Assembly: GCA_003558085.1 (NCBI GenBank)
Contig: PWMT01000126.1
Span: 1 to 11,008, forward strand
DNA length: 11,008 nucleotides
Reading direction: 5' to 3'
From: Methanobacteriaceae archaeon
Lineage (GTDB): Archaea; Methanobacteriota; Methanobacteria; Methanobacteriales; Methanobacteriaceae
Of the stretch, positions 1 through 7,809 are shown piece after piece. Position 1 is the stretch's first letter, and every line of letters starts with the position of its first letter. Below the pieces are notes generated by a model, which was not told the DNA's origin, did not search any database, and saw only the letters and a list, made by a program, of their open reading frames with translations. The position numbers were made by a program, and so were the translations under genes.

Positions 1-14
1 AGTAAAAATTAATT

Positions 15-833
15 CTAATTTTTTTTATATTCCTGTTTTAATTCTAATTGAAATTTTTCATATTTTTCTCCTATTGTTGTAAACAATTCCTGGAAAAGAG
101 TTTCCAATTTATATTCTAAAATATTTAAACCTTCTTCTGTTATACCTCCTTTAGTGGCAACCCTATCTATTATTTCTTCAAACTCCATTCCCTGTGCTAA
201 TAATTTGGAAGTGCCATCTAAGGTCGTTTTAATCATTTCTTCTGCTTCTTCTTGAGAAAAATTACTGTCTTGTTTAGCTATCTCAGCGTATTTACTGATA
301 ATAAAAGCGATAAATGCTGGAGCAGAGCTAGTGAGGTTAGTACCTGCTTCAAAATCTTCTTCAGGAATTATTTTAACTTCACTTATAGATGCAAATAAGT
401 TTTCCACAAATCTTTTTTCTGCTGGCCTCACTTTATCATTATGGTTAATCAAGGCTACACCAGCACCGGTCAGTGAAGTTAAGGAGGGTATCACTTTGCT
501 AATTTTACCAGGGAATATAGATTGTATAGTGCTCATATTTAAACCGGCTGCAATATGTATTAAATGAATATTAGATTTATAGAACTTTATTTCTTCTATT
601 ACATTTTTTACTTCATTAGTATTTACAAAAACAAATATTTTATCTGATTTTTTAGCTAGAAGACCATTATCATCTGTTATTTCAATCAAGGGATATTGGG
701 ATTTTAATTTCTTTAACTTATCCAGATCACGTGTGGAGATGATAATCTTATCTGTATCCAAGGCATTGGTATTTAACAGGCCATTTATGATCATCTGGCC
801 CATACTACCATAACCAATAAAACCAGTTTTCAT
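15..833 (-). CDS. proC: Pyrroline-5-carboxylate reductase family protein (ComER-like clade)
   Basis: 272 aa ORF with an N-terminal Rossmann motif (GFIGYGSMG), IHIAAG, and P5CR dimerisation-domain motifs SSAPAF and VATKGGITEEG. An AGGTGG RBS lies on the - strand at 841-846. Confidence 0.8.
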   Translation of the reverse strand: MKTGFIGYGSMGQMIINGLLNTNALDTDKIIISTRDLDKLKKLKSQYPLIEITDDNGLLAKKSDKIFVFVNTNEVKNVIEEIKFYKSNIHLIHIAAGLNMSTIQSIFPGKISKVIPSLTSLTGAGVALINHNDKVRPAEKRFVENLFASISEVKIIPEEDFEAGTNLTSSAPAFIAFIISKYAEIAKQDSNFSQEEAEEMIKTTLDGTSKLLAQGMEFEEIIDRVATKGGITEEGLNILEYKLETLFQELFTTIGEKYEKFQLELKQEYKKN

Positions 834-1269
834 ACTTTTTCCACCTTAATTATTTTTTTACCTTAATTTTCTTTTTTTATATCAAAAAAAATCCAGTAAC
901 TTTCAAACCTTTATTAGATAATATACCTGATTTATATTTTTCATATGTCTTGCTGGCTTGGCCTTATAATTAGAATACTTTTGCATATTGTCTATCTTAG
1001 AAAGAAATAGAGTAAATCAGTAATTTTTAATAAAAATACTAAAATTATGATTTTTTTACTTTTCCAAGGATCTTAAATTCATTATAAGAAAATTTGCTTT
1101 TTCATTAAATTGCCTTTTAAAATTAAATTTTAATTTGTATAATTTTTCACAATAGCAGGTGAAGGTGAGTATCGTTTTTTTTTGGGAGTTTAGATCTAAA
1201 AAGAAAATATAATAATTGGAAAGGACAAAATATTGTTAGTATGATATGAAATAATTAGGTGTGAAAGAA

Positions 1270-2493
1270 ATGAAAGCTAAGGCAAAAAGATTAGTAAATG
1301 GTGTTTATTGGGTCGGAGTACTGGATTGGGATATCCGCAGTTATCATGGTTACACTTTAGGTGGAACCACTTATAATGTTTATTTGGTTTTTGCTAAAGA
1401 TAAGGTGGCTTTAATCGACAATACCTATCCAGGTACTTCTTCTCAGATGATGGGAAGAATAGATGATGCCTTCCAGCAAGAAGGAAGAGAAGTTAAGATT
1501 GACATAATCGTACAAAATCATATCGAAAGAGATCACAGCGGATCTTTACTAGAAATGCATAAAAAGTTTCCAGAAGCAGTTATATATTGCTCCAACAAAG
1601 CTGCCAGTGGGCTTATAGAACATTATCCTTCTTTAGAGAATTCAAAAATGGAAATAGTTAAAACAGGTGATACTCTAGATCTTGGTGGAAAAAATTTAGC
1701 TTTTTTAGAAGCTCCCATGTTGCACTGGCCAGATAGTATGTTCTCTTTACTGGTGGAAGATGGAATATTATTCTCCAATGATGCTTTCGGTCAACATTTA
1801 TGTTTAACCCAGCGATACGATGATGAAGTTCCAGAATACTTGTTAATGGATGCAGCTCAAAAATTTTATGCTAATTTACTCACTCCTCTCTCACCCATGG
1901 TTCTTAGAAAATTTGATGAAGTAAAAGATCTAGGCCTTTTAGAGAAGATTAATGTTATAGCCCCTTCCCATGGACAAATATGGAAAAATCCTCTTAAAAT
2001 AATTGGGGCTTACAGTGACTGGGCCACTGGAAAGTGCAAGAATAAGGTTACCATAATTTATGATACCATGCATTATTCCACCCAGAAAATGGCTCATGCC
2101 ATGGCCGAAGGTGTTATGGGCCAAGATGTGGAAGTGGTTACTTATTTCTTACATCAGGATGAGCGTAGTGAAATAGTGAAGGATATTCTTGACAGTAAAG
2201 CGGTTTTCTTTGGAAGTCCAACCATATTCAACAGTCCTTTTCCTAGTTTAGGAGATATAATTTATTATCTGGCTGGTTTACGCTTTGATCGCACTGGATT
2301 TAAAAAACTATCCGTGGTTTTCGGTTCCAAAGGATGGGGTGGGGGTGCTACCAAAAAATTAGTCCAGGAATTAGAAGATTGTGGATTTGAAGTATCAGAA
2401 ACATTGGAGGTTAATTACGTTCCTGAAGAGGAAGATTTAGATAAATGTTTTGAAATAGGTCAAAAAATTGCAGAAAAAATAAAGAAAATGTAA
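1270..2493 (+). CDS. fprA: Class A flavodiiron protein (FprA / F420H2 oxidase family)
   Basis: Metallo-beta-lactamase-like diiron motifs [22 protein letters not shown] and PSHG, plus a C-terminal flavodoxin domain ([23 protein letters not shown]). The ATG at 1270 is preferred because the GTG at 1261 lies inside the AGGTGTGA RBS. Confidence 0.93.
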   Translation: MKAKAKRLVNGVYWVGVLDWDIRSYHGYTLGGTTYNVYLVFAKDKVALIDNTYPGTSSQMMGRIDDAFQQEGREVKIDIIVQNHIERDHSGSLLEMHKKFPEAVIYCSNKAASGLIEHYPSLENSKMEIVKTGDTLDLGGKNLAFLEAPMLHWPDSMFSLLVEDGILFSNDAFGQHLCLTQRYDDEVPEYLLMDAAQKFYANLLTPLSPMVLRKFDEVKDLGLLEKINVIAPSHGQIWKNPLKIIGAYSDWATGKCKNKVTIIYDTMHYSTQKMAHAMAEGVMGQDVEVVTYFLHQDERSEIVKDILDSKAVFFGSPTIFNSPFPSLGDIIYYLAGLRFDRTGFKKLSVVFGSKGWGGGATKKLVQELEDCGFEVSETLEVNYVPEEEDLDKCFEIGQKIAEKIKKM

Positions 2494-2561
2494 TTTATTC
2501 GCATTTTTTCTTTTAAAAGCTTCAATTTTTTTGATTATTATAATTGAAGGAGGAATTTTTC

Positions 2562-2978
2562 ATGAAAGAAATGAAGATAGAAAATGATTTAGAATCTAAA
2601 CAAAAAATGGTACTGGGATTGTTTTGGACCACTAGAAAAACTATAAGGACTGAAGGCTGTGCCCCTCTTAGAATTAAAAAAATTACCACATCCACTTCCC
2701 AATTTTTACCAGAAGGAAGAAAACTTCTTAAATTAAGAGATGATATATTAGAAGATATTTTAGATAATATGAAAAAGGGAGAGAAAGTTAAATTTGATTT
2801 AACCATGGGGGGAGAAAAGCTAGAGGCAGTTATTAGCGATTCTTATTTTTCCGTATCTGCAACTAAAACTCCTGAGTTGGAGGATGAGATCATAGCTAAA
2901 ATGGAAGAGGAGATGCACAGGGAAACTCCTGATTTCTGTAAAACGTTCCTACCTAGGGTATTCCCACAACAACAGTAA
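2562..2978 (+). CDS. Hypothetical protein, soluble, 138 aa
   Basis: Open frame with host-like codon usage and a GGAGG RBS just upstream of the ATG at 2562, which is a better start than the TTG at 2544. No recognisable domain. Confidence 0.75.
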   Translation: MKEMKIENDLESKQKMVLGLFWTTRKTIRTEGCAPLRIKKITTSTSQFLPEGRKLLKLRDDILEDILDNMKKGEKVKFDLTMGGEKLEAVISDSYFSVSATKTPELEDEIIAKMEEEMHRETPDFCKTFLPRVFPQQQ

Positions 2979-3100
2979 TCTTTTTTGTTTATTAAGATTA
3001 ATCTCTTCAAGAGCTAATATTAGCGGGTATAATAAAATTCAAGTTTAGTAATTCTTACTTTAGCTTTCATTTAAATAGAACATAAATAACTTAGAATAAT

Positions 3101-3114
3101 AAACTATTTATAGA
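3101..3114 (+). promoter_or_regulatory. Putative archaeal TATA box for the thermosome gene
   Basis: TTTATAG at 3107-3113, preceded by an A-rich stretch, about 70 nt upstream of the start codon. Confidence 0.45.
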
Positions 3115-3178
3115 ACCTCTAACCCATCGATAAATTGACATCAACTAAATAAATTAACTTAAATTAGAGGTGATTATT

Positions 3179-4828
3179 TTGGCACAATTAGGTGGCCAAG
3201 GCCAACCAATATTTATATTACCTGAAGGTACAAGTCGTTTCACTGGTAAAAATGCTCAAAGATTAAACATCTTAGCAGGAAAAATATTAGCAGAGACTAT
3301 CAGGACTACTCTAGGACCTAAAGGAATGGACAAAATGTTAGTGGATTCCTTGGGTGATATTGTAGTAACAAATGATGGAGTTACTATTTTAAGAGAGATG
3401 GATATTGCCCATCCCGCTGCAAAAATGCTAGTAGAAATAGCTAAAACTCAGGAAGATGAAGTAGGTGATGGTACCACCACAGCAGTTATAATTGCTGGAG
3501 AATTACTTAAAAAGGCAGAAGAACTATTGGATATGAATGTTCACCCGGCTATTATTGCCATGGGTTATCAGCAAGCAGCAGTTAAAGCTCAAGAAATATT
3601 AGAAGATATATCTATTCATTCTGCTGATGAAGAGACTTTGTTAAATGTTGCTATAACAGCTATGACTGGTAAAGGATCAGAAAAAGCTAAAGAATCTTTA
3701 GCAGAATTAATTGTTAAGGCTGTTATGCAGGTGGAAGAAGACGGGGAAGTTTATAAGAAAAATATTAACATTCAACGTATTCAGGGCGCTGCAGTAAATG
3801 AGTCACATATCGTAAATGGTATAGTTGTTGATAAAAGTCGCGCTGATCCATCCATGCCCAAAAGAATTGAAAATGCTAAAATAGCTTTATTAAAATATCC
3901 AATCGAAGTTAAAGATTTAGAAACCGATGCTAAAATCAAATTAACTGATCCTAATCAAATGCAAGCTTTCATTGAAAACGAAGAACAAATGATCAAGGAC
4001 ATGGTTCAGAAAATTATAGATTCTGGTGCCAATGTATTATTCTGTCAGAAAGGAATTGATGATTTAGCGGTACATTATTTATCCCGTGCTGGAATTTTAG
4101 CAGTAAAAAGAGCTAAAAAATCAGATATGGAGAGATTAGAAAAAGCAACTGGTGCTCAATTAGTAACTAACATTGAAGATTTAAGCGCGGAATATCTTGG
4201 TGAAGCTGGTCTAGTATATGAGAAAAAGATTTTTGATGATATACTCGTCTTTGTAGAAGAATGTAAAGATCCCAAAGCAATTTCCATCATCCTAAGAGGA
4301 AGTACCAAACACGTTGCAGAGGAAGTAGAAAGAGCTTTAGAAGATGCTATTGGCGTGGTGGCTTCTACACTTGAGGATAAAGAAGTAGTTATTGGCGGAG
4401 GAGCTCCTGAAATTGAAATTTCTCGAAAATTAAGAGAATATGCTGATACTATTAGTGGAAGAGAACAGCTATCTATTAATGCTTTTGCTGAAGCTTTAGA
4501 AATAGTACCAAAAACCCTGGCTGAGAATGCTGGTTTAGATAGTATAGACGCTTTAGTTGATTTAAGAGCTGCTCATGAAGATTCTCCATACATGGGCTTG
4601 GATGTTTTCCAAGGTGAAGTACAAGATATGAGAGAATCTGGAGTTATAGAACCACAAAGAGTTAAAAAACAAGCTATTCAATCTGCAGCAGAAGCAGCAG
4701 AGATGATACTAAGAATTGATGATATGATCGCTGCAAAAGGTGGATTAGAAGCAACAGATGATGAGGCTGAAGGTATGCCTGGTGGTATGCCTGGTGGTAT
4801 GCCTGGTGGTATGCCCCCTATGATGTAA
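3179..4828 (+). CDS. ths: Thermosome (group II chaperonin) subunit
   Basis: Motifs [19 protein letters not shown] and GDGTTT, with a C-terminal GGMP tail. The TTG at 3179 follows a GAGGTGA RBS, and the GTG at 3170 is part of that RBS. Confidence 0.97.
   Translation: MAQLGGQGQPIFILPEGTSRFTGKNAQRLNILAGKILAETIRTTLGPKGMDKMLVDSLGDIVVTNDGVTILREMDIAHPAAKMLVEIAKTQEDEVGDGTTTAVIIAGELLKKAEELLDMNVHPAIIAMGYQQAAVKAQEILEDISIHSADEETLLNVAITAMTGKGSEKAKESLAELIVKAVMQVEEDGEVYKKNINIQRIQGAAVNESHIVNGIVVDKSRADPSMPKRIENAKIALLKYPIEVKDLETDAKIKLTDPNQMQAFIENEEQMIKDMVQKIIDSGANVLFCQKGIDDLAVHYLSRAGILAVKRAKKSDMERLEKATGAQLVTNIEDLSAEYLGEAGLVYEKKIFDDILVFVEECKDPKAISIILRGSTKHVAEEVERALEDAIGVVASTLEDKEVVIGGGAPEIEISRKLREYADTISGREQLSINAFAEALEIVPKTLAENAGLDSIDALVDLRAAHEDSPYMGLDVFQGEVQDMRESGVIEPQRVKKQAIQSAAEAAEMILRIDDMIAAKGGLEATDDEAEGMPGGMPGGMPGGMPPMM
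4772..4815 (+). repeat. 12-bp tandem repeat GGTATGCCTGGT (about 3.7 copies) encoding the chaperonin GMPG tail
   Basis: Three exact copies at 4772-4807 plus a partial copy GGTATGCC at 4808-4815. Confidence 0.95.
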
Positions 4829-4870
4829 GGACTTGAAAAATAATTTAAGTCTACATCTTTTATTTTTTTT
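4822..4870 (+). terminator. Hairpin plus oligo-T terminator after the thermosome gene
   Basis: GATGTA (4822-4827) pairs with TACATC (4852-4857), and GACTTGAA pairs with TTTAAGTC (one G-U pair). TTTTATTTTTTTT follows directly. Confidence 0.7.
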
Positions 4871-5274
4871 AATTTTCACTATTTTTAATCACGTTTATGG
4901 ATCATATTTACACTATTTTTTAATGCTTTTCATACAAAATTACTAATATTTAATAAAAATTTATAATGATTAATTATAGTAAAATATATATAGGAATCAA
5001 AACTTACACATTTCCATAACTTAAGAAAAAACAGTGCATAAAAATGGGGTATTTGAACTGGAAAAAGGGTAAACTTTAAGAACAACTCTTTTTTTTAGAG
5101 GAGTTAAGTTATTGATATTATCCTCAACTATTTGCTATTAGATTTAAGCAAACCAAAAAAAAATTACCTTTCACTCATTAACTATTCCCCTATGGGAATA
5201 ATTTTAATGTATAATAATCTTCCAATTATTTATTAAATTAATTTAGAATTTTAATAAAAAAATGGAGTGAAAAG

Positions 5275-5760
5275 ATGGAATCAAATCATATAGATAAAAA
5301 AGCAGAAGAAATGTCCAAATCCGATATAGAAGAAGTAGTATTGGACGTTAACCGAATTTTATTAGCCACCGATGGTTCCAAACCATCAATTCTGGCCACC
5401 AAATATGCAGTGGGCATGGCTGAATTATTCAAAGCAGAGTTGATAGCCATCTTTGTGGACGAGCAATTCGCTCTCCTACCCCAAGAGAGAATGTCAGAAG
5501 AAGCCTATGAAGGCATCAAACATACTAAAGCTGGACTTAATGTGGCGGAATGGTATGCTGAGAAAAATGGAGTAAAAATTGAAACTATCTGTAAAAAGGG
5601 TAATGCCCCTAAAAATATTGTTCGAGTCGCTGAAAAAGAAAATGCGGACTTGATAATTATGGGAACTACTGGCAGAACAGGTTTAAAAAGGATAACCATA
5701 GGTAGCGTTGCTGAGATGGTTATGAAAGCTTCGCATGTTCCAGTTATGGTAGTTCGGTGA
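5275..5760 (+). CDS. Universal stress protein (UspA family, ATP-binding type)
   Basis: N-terminal RILLATDGS and the C-terminal USP signature ADLIIMGTTGRTGLKRITIGSVAEMV (G-x2-G-x9-G-S), ending in VPVMVV. A GGAGTGA RBS is upstream. Confidence 0.93.
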   Translation: MESNHIDKKAEEMSKSDIEEVVLDVNRILLATDGSKPSILATKYAVGMAELFKAELIAIFVDEQFALLPQERMSEEAYEGIKHTKAGLNVAEWYAEKNGVKIETICKKGNAPKNIVRVAEKENADLIIMGTTGRTGLKRITIGSVAEMVMKASHVPVMVVR

Positions 5761-5764
5761 TAAA

Positions 5765-6049
5765 ATGAAAAATGAATATAATGAAGATGATAATGAACGG
5801 GTTAAACAATTGATTTCTAGAAATTTTAAGCTGAGCATATCTTTAGGATTAATATTCCTCTTCATAATATTATTATTACCTATTTTAAATGAATTTGCTT
5901 CTGATTTCATGTTAAGCATAGTGTATCAAAACTTTTCTGTAACTTTAATCTACACTGCTTTATTCATCTTTATAATAGGATGGATAATACCCTTATATTA
6001 CACTTTAGAAACCGATAAAAGAGAGCGGGAATATGAGGAGGAATCTTAA
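5765..6049 (+). CDS. Small two-TM membrane protein, DUF485/YjcH-like partner of the symporter
   Basis: 94 aa with two hydrophobic helices and charged ends. Its stop overlaps the start of the symporter gene (TAATG at 6047-6051), matching the yjcH-actP arrangement. Confidence 0.75.
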   Translation: MKNEYNEDDNERVKQLISRNFKLSISLGLIFLFIILLLPILNEFASDFMLSIVYQNFSVTLIYTALFIFIIGWIIPLYYTLETDKREREYEEES

Positions 6050-7497
6050 TGACGTTTGATAATCCCTTAGCCATAATCTTAGTTATACTAATAGTGGGCA
6101 TCAGTGTAGCTGTTACCATATTTTCTAGAAGATTTACCAGGACTACCGCAGATTTTTACGTTGCAGGTAGGGGAGTAAGTGCAGTTCAAAATGCTATGGC
6201 CTTATCTGGTGATTATATGAGCGCTGCGACTTTCCTGGGTATAGCAGGATTAGTTTGGTTATATGGATATGATGGTATCTGGTATTCTGTAGGTTTTTTT
6301 GGTGGATGGGTATTATTATTGCTTTTCCTGGCCAGTCCCATTAGAAGATTTGGAGCCTACACTATAGCTGACTTTGTATCTGGGAGATTTCATTCTAAAA
6401 AACTGAGATTGGTGGCTATGATGGGGACCATCCTCATATCTGTACTATATATTATACCTCAACTCGTTGGTGTAGGGGACATATTAGTTATACTATTAGG
6501 ATGGGACTATGCTACGGGAGTAATAATAGCCGGTATACTTATGACCATCTATGTGGTGGTGGGGGGTATGAAGGCTACTACTTATAATCAGATTATTCAA
6601 TGTGTGATTCTATGGACGGCTATGTTTGTAACAGTATTTTTAGCCCTACAACAATTTGGATTTAGTTATAATAATCTTTTAACTGAAGTTCCAGGTTTCA
6701 CGCAACCTGGAAACTGGTTAGACTTTCAGAACAGTTTTTCTCTGATCCTTGGTCTGGTTCTAGGTACTGCAGGATTACCTCACGTCTTAATACGTTATTA
6801 TACCAATCCCTCGGGTAAATCAGCCCGCTGGACAACGGTAGGTACTCTCCTTATAATTGGTACCTTCTATATGATGGCTCCTATTGCAGGTTTTGGATCC
6901 CGGGCAATTCTTGGTGATGCTGGTGGTCAAAATACAGCTCTACCTCTTTTAGCTCAAGTTTTAGGGGGTGAAGCTTTCTTAGGTGTAGTAGTAGCTGCAG
7001 CTTTTGCAGCAGTATTATCCACAGTGGCTGGATTATTGTTAGCCACTACCGGGGCTATCGCTCATGATTTATACACTAGTCTTTTAAATCCAGAAGCTTC
7101 TGAGGAAAAGCAACTAAAAGTTGCCAAGTTATCAACTGTAGCGGTAGGTATCTTAGCTATAATAGTTGGTATTTTAGCTCAAGGATTTAATGTAGCTTTC
7201 CTAGTAGGTTTAGCCTTTGCTATTGCAGCCAGCAGCTTTTTCCCAGTACTTCTTATAGGTACTTGGTGGAGAGGTGTAACAGAAAAAGGTGCTCTTGCTG
7301 GTCTATTATTTGGTATAATATCCTCTACCAGCATAATAATCACCAACATCATAGGTTTACACGGCCTTACCAGCCCAGCTATCTTAACTGTACCACTTAC
7401 TTTCATCATCATATTCATAGTATCCAAAATAGACGGTAAGATACCTCCGGATACTGATGAATTCATGTATAAGGTACATATGCCTATCGAAGATTAG
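6049..7497 (+). CDS. actP: Solute:sodium symporter, ActP-like (cation/acetate or monocarboxylate permease)
   Basis: 482 aa with many TM segments. ActP-clade motifs include DFYVAGRG, NAMALSGDYMSAATFLG, GGMKATT, GTAGLPHVLIRYYT and AFAAVLSTVAGL. Confidence 0.85.
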   Translation: MTFDNPLAIILVILIVGISVAVTIFSRRFTRTTADFYVAGRGVSAVQNAMALSGDYMSAATFLGIAGLVWLYGYDGIWYSVGFFGGWVLLLLFLASPIRRFGAYTIADFVSGRFHSKKLRLVAMMGTILISVLYIIPQLVGVGDILVILLGWDYATGVIIAGILMTIYVVVGGMKATTYNQIIQCVILWTAMFVTVFLALQQFGFSYNNLLTEVPGFTQPGNWLDFQNSFSLILGLVLGTAGLPHVLIRYYTNPSGKSARWTTVGTLLIIGTFYMMAPIAGFGSRAILGDAGGQNTALPLLAQVLGGEAFLGVVVAAAFAAVLSTVAGLLLATTGAIAHDLYTSLLNPEASEEKQLKVAKLSTVAVGILAIIVGILAQGFNVAFLVGLAFAIAASSFFPVLLIGTWWRGVTEKGALAGLLFGIISSTSIIITNIIGLHGLTSPAILTVPLTFIIIFIVSKIDGKIPPDTDEFMYKVHMPIED

Positions 7498-7601
7498 TTA
7501 AATGCTGGGTTTAATTACTCTCTAGATTTGGTTTAAGAGTACTAGATGATTAGAGATAGATCACCATAATTCTTAGACCACTCTTTAAAGAGTTTTGAAG
7601 C

Positions 7602-7659
7602 AAGATATTTTAAATAGTGCAAAAGGGACTCTATTAAATCTTCTTTATTTATTTTTTTT
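7602..7659 (+). terminator. Possible terminator of the USP-symporter operon
   Basis: Interrupted stem AAGAT/ATCTT (7602-7606/7638-7642) and AATAG/CTATT (7613-7617/7631-7635), followed by a T-rich tract at 7644-7659. Confidence 0.4.
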
Positions 7660-7736
7660 AATCTTAAAAATCAGGTATAGATTATGAATATATCAATAGT
7701 TTTAATTTCTTCTTTTTTACTTATAACCGGTTATAT

Positions 7737-7764
7737 AATTTTTAGGCAAGCAAAAATTTATATG
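7737..7764 (+). promoter_or_regulatory. Candidate DtxR-family operator adjoining the TATA box of the regulator gene
   Basis: AATTTTTAGGCAAGCAAAAATT has inverted arms AATTTTT/AAAAATT and a TTTAGG half-site. It abuts TTTATATG at 7757-7764. Confidence 0.45.
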
Positions 7765-7809
7765 GAATTAAGCTTCACTATTAATAATATACAGTTTTAG
7801 GTGAACCTA

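Noticed and set aside
331..567. 78 aa + strand ORF
   Set aside because: Antisense shadow inside the P5CR-family gene, with no recognisable motif.
903..986. 27-codon - strand ORF (MQKYSNYKAKPARH...) upstream of proC
   Set aside because: No clear RBS or recognisable motif, and a length expected by chance.
1157..1212. Tandem AGGTGA RBS-like words with a 15-codon GTG ORF (1165-1212)
   Set aside because: RBS-to-start spacing is too short and nothing else supports translation.
834..1269. MsvR-type TTCG-Nx-CGAA boxes, looked for in the divergent proC/fprA spacer
   Set aside because: None seen. Only low-complexity A/T inverted runs are present.
1939..2124. 61 aa - strand ORF
   Set aside because: Antisense to the well-supported fprA gene.
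2522..2806. 94 aa - strand ORF
   Set aside because: Antisense to the + strand hypothetical gene, which has the RBS and host-like composition.
4772..4815. Tandem repeat considered as a CRISPR array
   Set aside because: 12-bp units without spacers, in frame within the chaperonin tail.
4877..4924. Near-direct repeat CACTATTTTT(T)AAT, two copies
   Set aside because: Short and low-complexity, with no second copy at the far side of the cassette to suggest a target-site duplication.
5044..5079. 11 aa uORF MGYLNWKKGKL in the cassette leader
   Set aside because: No RBS and too short to support. Worth revisiting only if the long leader proves to be transcribed.
5505..5919. Two - strand ORFs (64 aa and 78 aa)
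   Set aside because: Antisense shadows of the USP and DUF485-like genes.
7179..7466. 95 aa - strand ORF
   Set aside because: Antisense to the symporter, a typical shadow of hydrophobic codons.
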